Origin: an uncultured Candidatus Saccharibacteria bacterium
Lineage (GTDB): Bacteria > Patescibacteriota > Minisyncoccia > Phycocordibacterales > JACOZG01
Reading direction: 5' to 3'
Length of the DNA: 64,000 bases
NCBI GenBank assembly: GCA_964448295.1
Contig: CAYUVV010000004.1
Location: forward strand, 945-64,944
A program made the translations under genes and the position numbers. Positions within the stretch are counted from its first letter, which is position 1. Every line of letters starts with the position of its first letter. Below the pieces are notes generated by a model, which saw only the letters and a list, made by a program, of their open reading frames with translations, was not told the origin of the DNA and ran no database searches. Below, in pieces: positions 1 through 11,290 of this stretch.

Positions 1-790
<790 letters not shown>

Positions 791-840
791 GGGAAATTTG
801 CTTACCATTTTTTTGTTTGCATTTGCGGTTGAAATTTTAA

Positions 841-967
841 TGCTGGTGATTCGTCGGTGGGGGTACACTTGTTCTCATTCCGAACACAAACGTTAAGCCC
901 ACTTGAGGCGATGGTAGTCGCGAGGCCTGCCTAACGGCGGGCTGGCGAGAGTAGCTAGTCGCCAGCA
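841..967 (+). rRNA. rrf: 5S ribosomal RNA
   Basis: 5S-like motifs CCGAACAC, GTTAAGC and GAGAGTAG are present. The terminal helix pairs TGCTGGTG (841-848) with GCCAGCA (961-967). It lies about 50 nt downstream of the 23S end. At about 127 nt it is slightly long, with an extra GC-rich segment at 925-950. Confidence 0.75.
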
Positions 968-981
968 TTAAGGTTTCAACG

Positions 982-990
982 TGTTATAAT
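982..990 (+). promoter_or_regulatory. Extended -10 element (TGtTATAAT), 10 nt upstream of the ATG at 1000; possible leaderless or short-leader start
   Basis: The sequence gTGtTATAAT is read directly at 982-990. No convincing -35 is present. The function is inferred. Confidence 0.3.
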
Positions 991-999
991 TCTGGCCGT

Positions 1000-1767
1000 A
1001 TGTCGTGGAGTGGCCGACGGCGAGGGTTTTTTTTGCTTGTCTTTTTTTTGATTATAACCGGCGCGCTTGCCGCCGGTGTGGCGTATTTTTGGCCGTCGCC
1101 GACCTGCGAGGATCGTCGGCAAAATCAGGATGAGCTGGGGGTGGATTGTGGCGGCTCATGCGCGGCTGTTTGCCCGTTTGAGCCGAAGCCGTTGGTTGCC
1201 GGTTGGGCGCGCGTTTTCCATCTGCAAGATGAGTGGTATGACGTCGCCGGCTTGCTTGTTAATCCTAACGCCAACTTCGGCGTCGCTCGGGTGCCGTTTC
1301 GTTTTCGGTTAGTAGACGCGAATAATTTACTTGTGAGCTTGGAAGAGGGTGAGGCGTTTTTGAATCCCGGCGAAAGTTTTGTGGTGTTTGCGCCGCGCGT
1401 GTCGGTTGGCCGTCGTACGCCGGTGCGGGCGGCGCTTGAATTGACCGGTTTACCGGTTTGGTATCGGGCGGGGGGCGGGGTGCGGTCGCGGCCGGTGGTT
1501 GTGCGTCAAAGAGATTTTAGCGCCGATCCGCTTCCGCTCGTACGCGCTACGCTCGAAAACACAACCAATGAAGAACTGTTTGGGGTGCAAGCTACGGCGG
1601 TGTTGTCAGACGGCGCCGGCAACGCCTTTGCCGCCAGCGCCACCGTTCTCGAGCGTTTACCCGCTGGGACCACGCGGGAAGTTTCTTTTACCTGGCCGGA
1701 GATTTTACCCATTAGGCCGGCGGTGATTGATGTTTTTGCTCATGCCGCGCCGTCCACATTCCGATGA
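1000..1767 (+). CDS. Hypothetical membrane-anchored protein (N-terminal TM helix, Cys-rich CEDxxxNQDELGVDCGGSC motif)
   Basis: A 255-aa ORF, GC-rich, with a hydrophobic N-terminus. I recognise no family for it. It sits immediately upstream of, and overlaps by 4 bp, the SEDS gene. Confidence 0.5.
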   Translation: MSWSGRRRGFFLLVFFLIITGALAAGVAYFWPSPTCEDRRQNQDELGVDCGGSCAAVCPFEPKPLVAGWARVFHLQDEWYDVAGLLVNPNANFGVARVPFRFRLVDANNLLVSLEEGEAFLNPGESFVVFAPRVSVGRRTPVRAALELTGLPVWYRAGGGVRSRPVVVRQRDFSADPLPLVRATLENTTNEELFGVQATAVLSDGAGNAFAASATVLERLPAGTTREVSFTWPEILPIRPAVIDVFAHAAPSTFR

Positions 1768-2900
1768 ATCAAGGGTTCTGGCGCCGCTGGTTTGGCGCTT
1801 GGGATTGGTGGCTTATGGCGGCGGTGGCGCCACTCGTCGCCGCCGGTTTGGTAACAATGCGTTCGTTCGCCGGCGAGGATTATTTTTTTTCCCGTCAAAT
1901 AATTTGGTTGGGATTGGCAGTGGTGGTCTGGCTCGGTCTTAGTTTTATAGATTTTCGTTTCCTGCGGCGCAGTAGCGTGGTTTTTGGTTTATTTGCGACG
2001 TGCGTGATCCTGCTCGTGATCTTGCTTGTTGTGGCCGAGTCGGTGCGCGGCGCGCGGAGCTGGTTTACCTTGGGCGACGTTTTTTTTCAGCCAGGCGATC
2101 TGACGAAACTGGCGCTTATTCTCCTGCTCGCAAAATATTTTTCCCGTCGGCATGTGGAGATTGCTAATTGGCGTCACATTATTATCTCCGGTATTTATGC
2201 TCTAGTGCCGTTTGGACTTATATTGGCGGAGCGCGATTTCGGTTCGGCGGCCATTATTTTTTTAATCTGGCTGGGAATGACGGCGGCCTCGGGCATTTCT
2301 TATCGTCATCTGGTCATTGTGCTCGCGCTAGCTTTTTTGGCTGGACTCGCGCTGTGGTTTGTCGTTTTTACCGAGGTGCAGAAGGCGCGGATTATTACTT
2401 TTGTTCAGCCGATGGCCGACGTGCAGGGCGCTGGATACAACGCGCGCCAAGCGGTGATCGCTGTGGGTTCGGGTGGTCTCTGGGGCAAGGGCTTGGGCGA
2501 AGGAACGCAGTCGCGTTTAAAATTTTTGCCAGAATACCAAACCGATTTTATCTTTGCCGCTTTTGCTGAAGAGTGGGGCTTCGTCGGCGTGTTGTTTTTC
2601 TTTTCCCTGTTTTTAATTGTTGTTTGGCGGGTGCTCGCTACCGCAATGCTTGGGGCGACCAATTTTGAAATGTTATTTGGTCTTGGTCTGGCCCTGATGT
2701 TGATGAGCCATTTTGTCATCAATGTCGGGATGAACGTTGGCCTTTTGCCGATTACCGGCTTGACTTTGCCTTTCGTTTCTTATGGTGGTTCGCATCTGCT
2801 CGCCGAATTTACCGGTCTTGGTATTCTCGCCGGTATGCGGCGTTACTCGCGCACAGCGCATCGGAGCGAACTCGACAAAGAATTTTTAGGTGGAATTTGA
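1764..2900 (+). CDS. SEDS-family peptidoglycan glycosyltransferase (FtsW/RodA)
   Basis: A 378-aa polytopic protein with the conserved SEDS motifs GSGGLWGKGLGEGTQ...LPEYQTDFIFAAFAEEWGFVG. Confidence 0.85.
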   Translation: MNQGFWRRWFGAWDWWLMAAVAPLVAAGLVTMRSFAGEDYFFSRQIIWLGLAVVVWLGLSFIDFRFLRRSSVVFGLFATCVILLVILLVVAESVRGARSWFTLGDVFFQPGDLTKLALILLLAKYFSRRHVEIANWRHIIISGIYALVPFGLILAERDFGSAAIIFLIWLGMTAASGISYRHLVIVLALAFLAGLALWFVVFTEVQKARIITFVQPMADVQGAGYNARQAVIAVGSGGLWGKGLGEGTQSRLKFLPEYQTDFIFAAFAEEWGFVGVLFFFSLFLIVVWRVLATAMLGATNFEMLFGLGLALMLMSHFVINVGMNVGLLPITGLTLPFVSYGGSHLLAEFTGLGILAGMRRYSRTAHRSELDKEFLGGI

Positions 2901-2997
2901 ACCCCGTTTTTATTTGTAACAAAACTAACGACCGTCAATTTAGTAACAAAATGATAAAGTGAAAAAGTGGGTCAGGCAAAGAGTTCTTAGGCGGGGT

Positions 2998-3687
2998 TTA
3001 GGGACCGCAACTGGGGGTTGTTTCATTAGCGTCACACGACATACAATTGCTGATGATGCCTCCTGGGGTGGGGAATGGAGGAAAAAAACCACAATTTCTT
3101 GTCCAATATTTTGAATTTTCTGAAGAAGATATTGAAATGCTTTTGTCATCAGGATCGGTCGGTAAAAATCCCCCATCCTGCATGTTTACAGGAACGTTGT
3201 CCCAATTTTCCACCACTTGTGCCATGGTAATTTTATATTCTGTTCTATTTCTGTTGACCCGATAAAAAAATCCCTGGTCTTTTCCGTTTAGCCCCAAAAA
3301 TCTATTAGCGCACCCTCCGTCAGAGTTGTGGTTGGGCAAGGAAGGGTCACAAGGACGTGGTTTTATGAATAAGCCAACGGAGTTTTCAAGAGCGCTTGCG
3401 TCGTAACGGCAATCGACACCGCATTGCCAACACTCTTCCCCGCGGCTATCGTCAGACGAAAGAGACCCGCAAGTCTGAATCTGATCGGGATATTTCCCCC
3501 CATTTTCGAGGGCGTACATTTCGAGCGCGAGGGCTACTTGTTTCAAATTTTGCACCCGGATCGAGTCACGGGCCTTAACGCGGGCTTGGGCGAGACTGAC
3601 GAGGACGACGCTCGCCAAAATGCCAATAATGGCGATCACGACCAAAAGTTCAATCAAGGTGAAGCCTCGCTGGCGCCGAACATCCAT
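2998..3687 (-). CDS. Type IV pilin / pseudopilin-like protein (prepilin N-terminal cleavage/methylation domain)
   Basis: The N-terminus [23 protein letters not shown] is a classic class III signal. The C-terminal domain is Cys-rich, and its 3' half is of lower GC than the flanking sequence. Confidence 0.8.
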   Translation of the reverse strand: MDVRRQRGFTLIELLVVIAIIGILASVVLVSLAQARVKARDSIRVQNLKQVALALEMYALENGGKYPDQIQTCGSLSSDDSRGEECWQCGVDCRYDASALENSVGLFIKPRPCDPSLPNHNSDGGCANRFLGLNGKDQGFFYRVNRNRTEYKITMAQVVENWDNVPVNMQDGGFLPTDPDDKSISISSSENSKYWTRNCGFFPPFPTPGGIISNCMSCDANETTPSCGP

Positions 3688-3698
3688 ACTATTTTATT

Positions 3699-4943
3699 CT
3701 ACCGCGCGCGGTGATAAACGGCCATCGTCGCCGCAACCATCTGGTCCAAAGTGTGCTCGGTTCTGATTTTTGTTTGCAAATTTAGGCCGAGGCGCCGTCG
3801 CTCGCTTTCGCTCGCGCCAAGATCGCGCACCGCCGCCGCCAGAGCGGCGGCATCGGCGGGTGGCGTCAAGCGGCCGTTTTCTCCGTCAGTTATCAGTTCA
3901 GGAATAGCGCCAACGCGGGTGGCGATGACGGGCAAGCCAGCGGCGCCAGCTTCCAAGAGCACGTAAGGCAGACCTTCCTTGACTGACGACAGAAGGAACA
4001 GGTCAAAGGCCTGGAGCCAACGGGCCGCCTCGGGGAGAAAGCCGACGGGAAAGACGATACCGCGTAGGCCGTATTGGTCGATCAGTCGTTCGAGCCTCGT
4101 CCGTTCTTCGCCCTCGCCCACAATAACGTAAGCCAGACGCTCGCGGTTGGGGAGAGAAGCGAAGGCGCGGAGAGCGTGCTCGTAACCTTTGTTGCGATGC
4201 AGTTCACCGATTGAGCCAATGACCAGTTTTTGTTCGAAGAAATCCTTGGGGCAATTGAGGCGCGTTAATAATTGACTGCGGGCGACTTGCCGGCCGAGGC
4301 CAGCTGGCGGTTGTAGTCCGTGGCGGATCAAAACCACTTTATTTTTGACGAACGGCCAATACCGCGTACCCGCAACCTCTGTTTTTCCAAGCACGATAAC
4401 GTTAGTAGCGAGGGCGGAGGTAAGCCAGCTTGCCAGTTTGATAAATCCGTTTTGCCACCATGGTCGTGGCTCACGGAAAGGCCAACCGTGGACGGTAAAA
4501 ACAATTTTCGGCACCTTGGCAAAACGAGCCGTGAGCGCTCCCAACACGGCGGCCTTGGAGCTGTTTAGATGGAGAATGGCTGGTCTTAATTCTTGGCACA
4601 GGCGGTAGATTTGCCAAAATCCTCGCCACTCACTCCGCAAGCCGATATCGCGCGCCAAATCGGGAATGACGATTGTTTTTATTCCCGCGGTTTGTAATTT
4701 TTCGGGCAACGCTTGGCCCTGCGCGCCGGTGGCCACAATTACTTGAAAAGTGTTTTGAATATCTTCTGCCGTAGCGAGATCGTGGACGTAACGTTGAGCG
4801 CCGCCCCAATTACCCTTGGTGATCAAAAATAGCAACCTTGGTTTATCCATATGCAATTTGACCATAGCACAAAAGGTAATTTTGTGGTATGACGCTTGGT
4901 AGTTTTTATGTCGCGTGCGTTGTTTGATAAACTCTATCGCCAA
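3699..4943 (-). CDS. Glycosyltransferase family 4 (GT-B fold); the true start is probably internal, near MVKLHMDKPRLLFL
   Basis: The C-terminal GT4 signature is VKEGLPYVLLEAGAAGLPVIATRVGAIPELITDGENG. The 5' end of the ORF overlaps the divergent helicase start. Confidence 0.75.
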   Translation of the reverse strand: MAIEFIKQRTRHKNYQASYHKITFCAMVKLHMDKPRLLFLITKGNWGGAQRYVHDLATAEDIQNTFQVIVATGAQGQALPEKLQTAGIKTIVIPDLARDIGLRSEWRGFWQIYRLCQELRPAILHLNSSKAAVLGALTARFAKVPKIVFTVHGWPFREPRPWWQNGFIKLASWLTSALATNVIVLGKTEVAGTRYWPFVKNKVVLIRHGLQPPAGLGRQVARSQLLTRLNCPKDFFEQKLVIGSIGELHRNKGYEHALRAFASLPNRERLAYVIVGEGEERTRLERLIDQYGLRGIVFPVGFLPEAARWLQAFDLFLLSSVKEGLPYVLLEAGAAGLPVIATRVGAIPELITDGENGRLTPPADAAALAAAVRDLGASESERRRLGLNLQTKIRTEHTLDQMVAATMAVYHRAR

Positions 4944-7868
4944 CTCAATCCGGAGCAGAAGCGGGCGGTGGATGAGATTGACGGGCCGGTGTTTGTGGTC
5001 GCCGGGCCGGGCACAGGCAAAACCCAGATTCTCACTTTGCGTTTGGCCAACATTTTGTTAAAAACTGATACTCCGCCCGACGCCCTGCTCGCCCTCACCT
5101 TTACGCGTTCTGGTGTGTTTTCAATGCGTGAGCGGTTGCGGCAGATTATTGGGCCCGAGGCCTACCGCGTTGGGGTGCACACTTTCCACGGTTTTTGCCG
5201 GCAAGTGATCGGCGATTATCCCGACGCTTTTTCGCGTCTTGTTGGCGCTTCCCCGGCGACGATTCTTGATCAAATCAAAATTTTGCGTACCGTCTTGGCC
5301 ACCGGGCATTTTCGTTTTCTCCGTCCGACGGGTAACCCTGATCATTATCTGCGAGCGATTCTCGTTGAAATTGAACGTCTAAAACGCGAGACGGTAGGTC
5401 CGCTAGAACTTCGCCGTTTGCTGGGGGCCGAGGAGCGGGCTTGGCGGCAAACGCCAGACTTATACCACCGGACTGGTCGTTACGCCGGACGTATTAAGAA
5501 AATCCATCTTACTCGCCAACGTGCACTCGCGAAAAACAGCGAGCTGGCTCGCGTGTATCGCGCCTACGAGGCGGCCTTGCGCGCGGAGCGTTTGTATGAC
5601 TTTGGTGATATGGTGATGGAGGTCATAAAAGCTCTACGTCACAACAAAACCCTTCTTGCCGAACTGCAAGAGAGTTTTCACTATTTTTTGGCTGACGAGC
5701 ATCAGGATGCCAATCAGGCACAAAATGAGCTGTTGGAATTATTAAGTGCTTTCCATGCCTCACCCAATTTGTTTATTGTCGGTGATGAAAAACAAGCCAT
5801 CTACCAATTTCAGGGAGCCTCGCTTGATAACTTCGAGCGTTTTAAGAAAAAATTTCCCGCCGCTCGTTTGATTGCTTTGCGGCGCAATTACCGCTCTTCC
5901 CAACCCTTGCTTGATGCCGCTTGGTCGCTTATGAAGCGGAGCACGCAGTTATCAGTAACTAATCATCCGCGTCTGTTAGGTGCGCCCGCCTCTCAACCCG
6001 GAGTGGAAGTTTATGCTTGGTCGCGGCCAGAACTCGAACCGTGGTTTGTAGCGACCACCGTGGCGGAAAAGTTGCGGGTGGGTAAGGTTAAGGCCACAGA
6101 GATTGCGATTATTTACCGTAATAACCGTGATCGTTGGCCCCTTATGGGGGCGCTTAACCGTGTCGGCGTGCGTTACTCGGTTTTAGCGGCGGATGACGTT
6201 TTAACCGAGGAATCTCTTTGGCCACTACTGACGCTTTTTCGGGCGGTGGCTAATCCGGCCGATGACGCCGTTCTGGCCCCCGCTTTGTTTTTGAGATTTC
6301 TCCGCCTGCCGGCCGCGGCTGTGCATCAAGCGATATTGCTCGCCCGCGCGAAGCGGGAGACCATTTTTTCTGCTTTAGTTCATTCTCGTTTGTTGCCCAT
6401 CAGGCGTTGGGCTGAGCAATTGACGGTTTGGCATCGTCTCGCGCGCCAAGCCCCGGTTGATAAAACTTTTGAAGCACTGCTGCGGGAATCGGGTTGGTTG
6501 GCCGAGGTTTTAACTCGTTCGACGGCCGCCCGTGATTTGGAAAAATTGCGATCGTTGTTTCGTCAAGCCAAGAATTTAACGGCTACTAAGCCAACTTTCA
6601 ATTTGCTGGACTTTGTCTCTTATTTGGATTTGCTAACCGCCCAAGGCGTACCAATGCCAAATCAGCCGCTCGCTTTTGGTGATGGCGTTCGTTTGCTCAC
6701 CGCGCATCGCGCCAAAGGTCTTGAGTTTGATTGGGTATTTATTGTCGGGGCGAATGATGCCCACTGGGGCGGCGAGCGGGCGCGCCGCGATTTTCATCTC
6801 CCGCTCCGCGGTCAAGAAGTGGCCGAGAGCAAGGTGGAGGACGAGCGGCGTCTCTTTTACGTCGCGCTTACGCGGGCGCGGCGGGGGGTAGTCGTGAGTT
6901 ACGCGCGGCAAAACGAGCGTGGTGACGACCTGCTTCCGAGTCGGTTTTTGTCGGAAATTGATTCGCGGTTGGCAACCAATATGCCAGTCGCGGAATGGGA
7001 AGATCGTTACGCTCGTTTGAGCGAACGAGGCGCGGATTGGTTGCAACCACCTCGCCCGCGACAGGCTTTAGTCCATCGCGGGCGGCCGTCTCTGCTTGCC
7101 GATCGCGCTTACGTGCGCGAACTTTTCCGCTTGCGCGGTCTTTCGGCCACCGGACTTAATAATTATCTCCAGTGTCCGTGGCGTTTCTTTTTCCAAAATT
7201 TGTTGCGTTTGCCCGGCGTTCGCTCCCCAAATCTTTTGTACGGCGAGGCTGTTCACCGCGCCCTTTATCGTTTTTTCGAACGTCAACGTCGGGGGGAAAA
7301 AACCAATCGTCGTTTCCTTCTCTCGAGTTTTACCGAACACCTCCGCTCTCTGCATCTTGATTTAGACGAAGAGAGACGTTGGCGCGAACGGGGAGAACGA
7401 GCGCTCCGTGGTTATTATGAGAACTATCGCCGCGTCTGGTTACCACCGCGCCACAACGAGTTTGAAGTTAGGGGGGCGGAACTTGCGCCCGCTTTACGAC
7501 TGGTTGGCAAGATAGATAAAATTGAAGAATTACCCAACGGCGCTTGGCGCGTTGTTGATTATAAAACCGGCGCGCCCAAGCTCCGTGACGAAGCGTATCG
7601 GCGTCAATTACTTTTTTATTGTTTATTACTTCAGCGTCGCCAGCGTTCAAATAACAAGGTGTCGTCGGCCCTGCTTGATTTTATAGAACCTCTACCGAGC
7701 GGCCGCTACGCCCAAGCCATTATTGAGCCTCGTCCCGAGGAGATTGAGAACCTGGCCGACACGATTCGGCGCGCGGCCAAGGAGATTTTATCTCTCGCGT
7801 TTTTGGGTCGACGATGCTCCGAACCGAAATGCCAATTTTGCCGTTTGCGCCAAGCGATGGGTGACTGA
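4896..7868 (+). CDS. UvrD/PcrA-family SF1 helicase fused to a C-terminal PD-(D/E)XK (RecB/Cas4-like) nuclease domain with a terminal Cys cluster
   Basis: Walker A GPGTGKTQ is present, with UvrD-type helicase motifs throughout. The C-terminus carries VVDYKTG...YRRQLLFYCLL and CSEPKCQFC. The likely start is the Met at 4911. Confidence 0.8.
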   Translation: MVVFMSRALFDKLYRQLNPEQKRAVDEIDGPVFVVAGPGTGKTQILTLRLANILLKTDTPPDALLALTFTRSGVFSMRERLRQIIGPEAYRVGVHTFHGFCRQVIGDYPDAFSRLVGASPATILDQIKILRTVLATGHFRFLRPTGNPDHYLRAILVEIERLKRETVGPLELRRLLGAEERAWRQTPDLYHRTGRYAGRIKKIHLTRQRALAKNSELARVYRAYEAALRAERLYDFGDMVMEVIKALRHNKTLLAELQESFHYFLADEHQDANQAQNELLELLSAFHASPNLFIVGDEKQAIYQFQGASLDNFERFKKKFPAARLIALRRNYRSSQPLLDAAWSLMKRSTQLSVTNHPRLLGAPASQPGVEVYAWSRPELEPWFVATTVAEKLRVGKVKATEIAIIYRNNRDRWPLMGALNRVGVRYSVLAADDVLTEESLWPLLTLFRAVANPADDAVLAPALFLRFLRLPAAAVHQAILLARAKRETIFSALVHSRLLPIRRWAEQLTVWHRLARQAPVDKTFEALLRESGWLAEVLTRSTAARDLEKLRSLFRQAKNLTATKPTFNLLDFVSYLDLLTAQGVPMPNQPLAFGDGVRLLTAHRAKGLEFDWVFIVGANDAHWGGERARRDFHLPLRGQEVAESKVEDERRLFYVALTRARRGVVVSYARQNERGDDLLPSRFLSEIDSRLATNMPVAEWEDRYARLSERGADWLQPPRPRQALVHRGRPSLLADRAYVRELFRLRGLSATGLNNYLQCPWRFFFQNLLRLPGVRSPNLLYGEAVHRALYRFFERQRRGEKTNRRFLLSSFTEHLRSLHLDLDEERRWRERGERALRGYYENYRRVWLPPRHNEFEVRGAELAPALRLVGKIDKIEELPNGAWRVVDYKTGAPKLRDEAYRRQLLFYCLLLQRRQRSNNKVSSALLDFIEPLPSGRYAQAIIEPRPEEIENLADTIRRAAKEILSLAFLGRRCSEPKCQFCRLRQAMGD

Positions 7869-7909
7869 TGTTCTGCTCTTTTTTTATCCACAGCTTGACA
7901 ATCTGAAAC

Positions 7910-7937
7910 TTGACACAATTTTTGGGATATATATAAT
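7910..7937 (+). promoter_or_regulatory. Consensus sigma70-type promoter: TTGACA (7910-7915), 16-nt spacer, TATAAT (7932-7937), about 130 nt upstream of rpoB
   Basis: Both hexamers match consensus exactly in the sequence. A second TTGACA lies at 7895-7900. Confidence 0.6.
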
Positions 7938-8066
7938 GCTCTCGCAAACTAGTTGATTGTGTTGCGGTTGGTCTGGTTGCGTTATTAGCCGCCCTAACCC
8001 GTTGGTTTCTATTTTTAATCTGATTGCCTAGCAATTATTTATTGGTTCCCGGTTGCTTTCGTTTGA

Positions 8067-11000
8067 TTGTCGGCCGGGCGCTTTATTTTTATGACCAAAA
8101 CCAGACCCAAAAAATATTTCTCCAAATATCGTCCACCCCTGCTCGAGCTGCCGCCTTTGATTGCCGTCCAGCAAGATTCCTACGATTGGTTAATAAAAAA
8201 GGGGTTGCCAGAACTCTTTGCCGAGTTTTCTCCAATCAAAGATTATTCAGAAAAAAAATTCGAGCTTTATTTTGATAAATTAACCTTGGAGGCGCCTAAG
8301 TTCGACGAACGCCACGCTATCGCGAACCAGCTCTCTTACGACGCGCCTTTGAAAGTGACGGTCAAACTCAAAAACAAAGTTCTCGGCCAAGAACGCGAAC
8401 AGGAAGTTTTTTTGGCCGATTTTCCGGTGATGACGAATCACGGCACTTTTATCGTCAACGGCAACGAGCGGGTGGTGGTGCCGCAATTGGCGCGCAGTTA
8501 CGGCGTTTTTTTTACCGAGACAGATATCCGCGCCAAGCGTTATTTTGGGGCGAAGATTATCCCGTCCGGCGGGGCTTGGATTGAACTCCAAACGGAGCCC
8601 GATGATGTAATTTATGTGCGGATTGACCGCCGGCGCAAGTTTCCGGTCTCTACTCTGTTGCGAGTTTTTGCCGATATTGGCGGTCAATCTCTCGGCCGCG
8701 AGGGGGTGCTCGCTTTGTTTCGCGATGTTCCTTCCGCTGTGCCGTACATGGAGACAACCGTTGCCCGCGACAGCGCTGAAACGGTGGATGATTGTTATCT
8801 TGATGTTTATCGGCGTCTGCGCGACAGTGATCTGGCGACGACAGCTTCGGCTCGCGAGTTCGTGACCAGCTTATTTGGACGGGAGAAATATGATTTGTCG
8901 GTCGTTGGTCGGCTCCGCCTTGATAATCGTTTTGCCAAAAGCCCGAATCGGGTTGAGGGCAACGAAGAGATCGGTCGCGAGAGCCGCGTCCTCACCCTAG
9001 AAGATCTTCAGATGATCATCGCCCAAATCATCAAATTGAATAATGATCCGCACGCTGTTGGGGATGATATTGACCACTTGGGCCTGAGACGGGTACGTTG
9101 CGTGGGCGAAATGCTTCAGCAGAAATTACGCATTGGCTTGATACAGATGCGGCGTAATATCCAAGATCGGATGTCGACAGTTGATTCTTCTACTACTCTG
9201 CCTATCACGTTGTTGAGCCCGCGCCCACTGCAGGCGCGGCTGAAGGAATTTTTCAACACCAATCAGTTGTCTCAGTTTATGAGTCAGAAAAACGTCTTGT
9301 CCGAGGTGGAACACCTGCGACGTTTGTCTGCTCTGGGGCCGGGCGGTTTAACGCGTAAGCGCTCCGGTCTCGAGGTGCGCGACGTGCACACTTCCCACTA
9401 TGGCCGGGTTTGCCCGATCCATACCCCCGAAGGTCCGAATATCGGTTTGATCTTGCAGTTATCTAACTATGCTCGGGTCAATCGTTTCGGCTCTTTGGAA
9501 ACTCCTTACCGTCGCGTTCGGGACGGCGCGATTACCGAGGAGCTCGTGTTTTTAGGCGGGCTTGAGGAGGAGAATTATGCCATCGCTCACGCGAGTGTTC
9601 CGTACGACGATCAAGGTCGTTTTCTTGAAAAACGAGTCGAGGTTCGTCTTGATGGTCGGCCAACACTAGTGCCAAGGGAACGCGTTGATTTTATTGACGT
9701 TGCCCCCTATCAGGCCTTTTCTCTAGCCACCGCCCTTATTCCTTTTCTCGAGCACGATGATGCTAACCGCGCGCTAATGGGATCGAATATGCAGAAACAG
9801 GCGATTCCTTGTCTGCGGCCGGAAGCGCCGCTCGTGGCGACGGGAATGGAAGCACTCGCTGTGCGTGATTCCGGGCGCATCATTACGGCGCGCCGAGCGG
9901 GGGTGGTTGATTATGTGTCTGGCCAACTGATTAAAGTGAAAACCGACAGTGGGGAAATTGATGAATATCGTTTGGTTATCTTTTCCAAAACTAATGACAA
10001 CACGGTGTTCCACCAGCGACCAGTAGTAGCAGTGGGAGAACGGGTTAAGCGGGGCGCCCTGCTCGCCGACACTTCGTCAAGCGCTGGGGGTGAGCTCGCG
10101 GTGGGGCAAAACGTGCGGGTGGCTTTTATGTCTTGGCGCGGCGCTAACTATGAGGACGCGATTATCATCTCGGAGCGTTTAGTGCGCGAGCAAATCTTCA
10201 GCAGTATCCACATTGAGGAGTTTAAAATTAATGTTCGCGAAACTAAATTAGGGCCGGAAGTTACCACGCACGACATTCCTAATGTGGGCGAAGCTAAGTT
10301 GCGCAACTTAGACGAGGAGGGGATCGTCCGAGTCGGAGCCGAGGTCGAGCCGAACGATATTCTGGTTGGCAAAATAACTCCGAAAGGGGAGACTGAATTG
10401 ACGGCCGAAGAACGCCTCCTCCGCTCGATTTTTGGCGAGAAGGCGCGTGACGTGAAAGACACATCTAAACGACTACCACATGGTAAAAAAGGCAAGGTAG
10501 TTGGGGTGCGGGTTTTTTCTCGAGAGCGAGGCGACCGTTTGGAGTCTGGTATCACCAAACGGATTCATATTGAGGTGGCGGAGATCAGAAACATCTCCGT
10601 GGGCGACAAGCTTTGCGGTCGCCACGGCAACAAAGGGGTAATCGCTCGGATTTTGCCCATCGAGGATATGCCGTATCAGGAAGATGGGACGCCGGTGGAT
10701 GTGATTTTGACTCCCCTTGGTGTGCCCAGCCGGATGAATCTTGGTCAGGTGTTTGAAATGCATCTTGGTTTGGCGGCCGAGCGCCTGGGCTACCAAGCGA
10801 TCACGCCGTCATTTACCGGCGCGACGGACGAAGAAATTAAACAGGAACTGGTGACCGCTGGTGTATCGGCGAACGGCAAAGTCCGTTTGTATGACGGTCT
10901 AACAGGCATGGCGTTTGATCAGCCGGTGGCCGTGGGCGTGATGTACATCCTTAAACTTGATCACATGGTGGAAGACAAGTTGCATATGCGCTCGATCGGT

Positions 11001-11276
11001 CCTTACTCCCTTATTACCCAGCAACCACTTGGCGGTAAGGCGAGCCGTGGTGGCCAACGTTTCGGCGAAATGGAGGTTTGGGCGCTGGAGGGCTATGGCG
11101 CCTCTTATACTTTGCAGGAAATGTTGACGATTAAGTCCGACGATATTGCCGGTCGGTCGCAGGCCTTTGATTCCATTATTAAGGGCGAATCAATTCGGCC
11201 ACCCAATTTGCCTGCCTCGTTCCATGTGATGTTGAATGAACTACGCGGACTGGCTCTTGATGTGGACTTAAAATAA
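8067..11276 (+). CDS. rpoB: DNA-directed RNA polymerase subunit beta
   Basis: The product is 1069 aa and carries conserved RpoB blocks such as [13 protein letters not shown] and [10 protein letters not shown]. The start may be the internal Met at about 8091. Confidence 0.95.
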   Translation: MSAGRFIFMTKTRPKKYFSKYRPPLLELPPLIAVQQDSYDWLIKKGLPELFAEFSPIKDYSEKKFELYFDKLTLEAPKFDERHAIANQLSYDAPLKVTVKLKNKVLGQEREQEVFLADFPVMTNHGTFIVNGNERVVVPQLARSYGVFFTETDIRAKRYFGAKIIPSGGAWIELQTEPDDVIYVRIDRRRKFPVSTLLRVFADIGGQSLGREGVLALFRDVPSAVPYMETTVARDSAETVDDCYLDVYRRLRDSDLATTASAREFVTSLFGREKYDLSVVGRLRLDNRFAKSPNRVEGNEEIGRESRVLTLEDLQMIIAQIIKLNNDPHAVGDDIDHLGLRRVRCVGEMLQQKLRIGLIQMRRNIQDRMSTVDSSTTLPITLLSPRPLQARLKEFFNTNQLSQFMSQKNVLSEVEHLRRLSALGPGGLTRKRSGLEVRDVHTSHYGRVCPIHTPEGPNIGLILQLSNYARVNRFGSLETPYRRVRDGAITEELVFLGGLEEENYAIAHASVPYDDQGRFLEKRVEVRLDGRPTLVPRERVDFIDVAPYQAFSLATALIPFLEHDDANRALMGSNMQKQAIPCLRPEAPLVATGMEALAVRDSGRIITARRAGVVDYVSGQLIKVKTDSGEIDEYRLVIFSKTNDNTVFHQRPVVAVGERVKRGALLADTSSSAGGELAVGQNVRVAFMSWRGANYEDAIIISERLVREQIFSSIHIEEFKINVRETKLGPEVTTHDIPNVGEAKLRNLDEEGIVRVGAEVEPNDILVGKITPKGETELTAEERLLRSIFGEKARDVKDTSKRLPHGKKGKVVGVRVFSRERGDRLESGITKRIHIEVAEIRNISVGDKLCGRHGNKGVIARILPIEDMPYQEDGTPVDVILTPLGVPSRMNLGQVFEMHLGLAAERLGYQAITPSFTGATDEEIKQELVTAGVSANGKVRLYDGLTGMAFDQPVAVGVMYILKLDHMVEDKLHMRSIGPYSLITQQPLGGKASRGGQRFGEMEVWALEGYGASYTLQEMLTIKSDDIAGRSQAFDSIIKGESIRPPNLPASFHVMLNELRGLALDVDLK

Positions 11277-11290
11277 TCCAACGAAAATTT

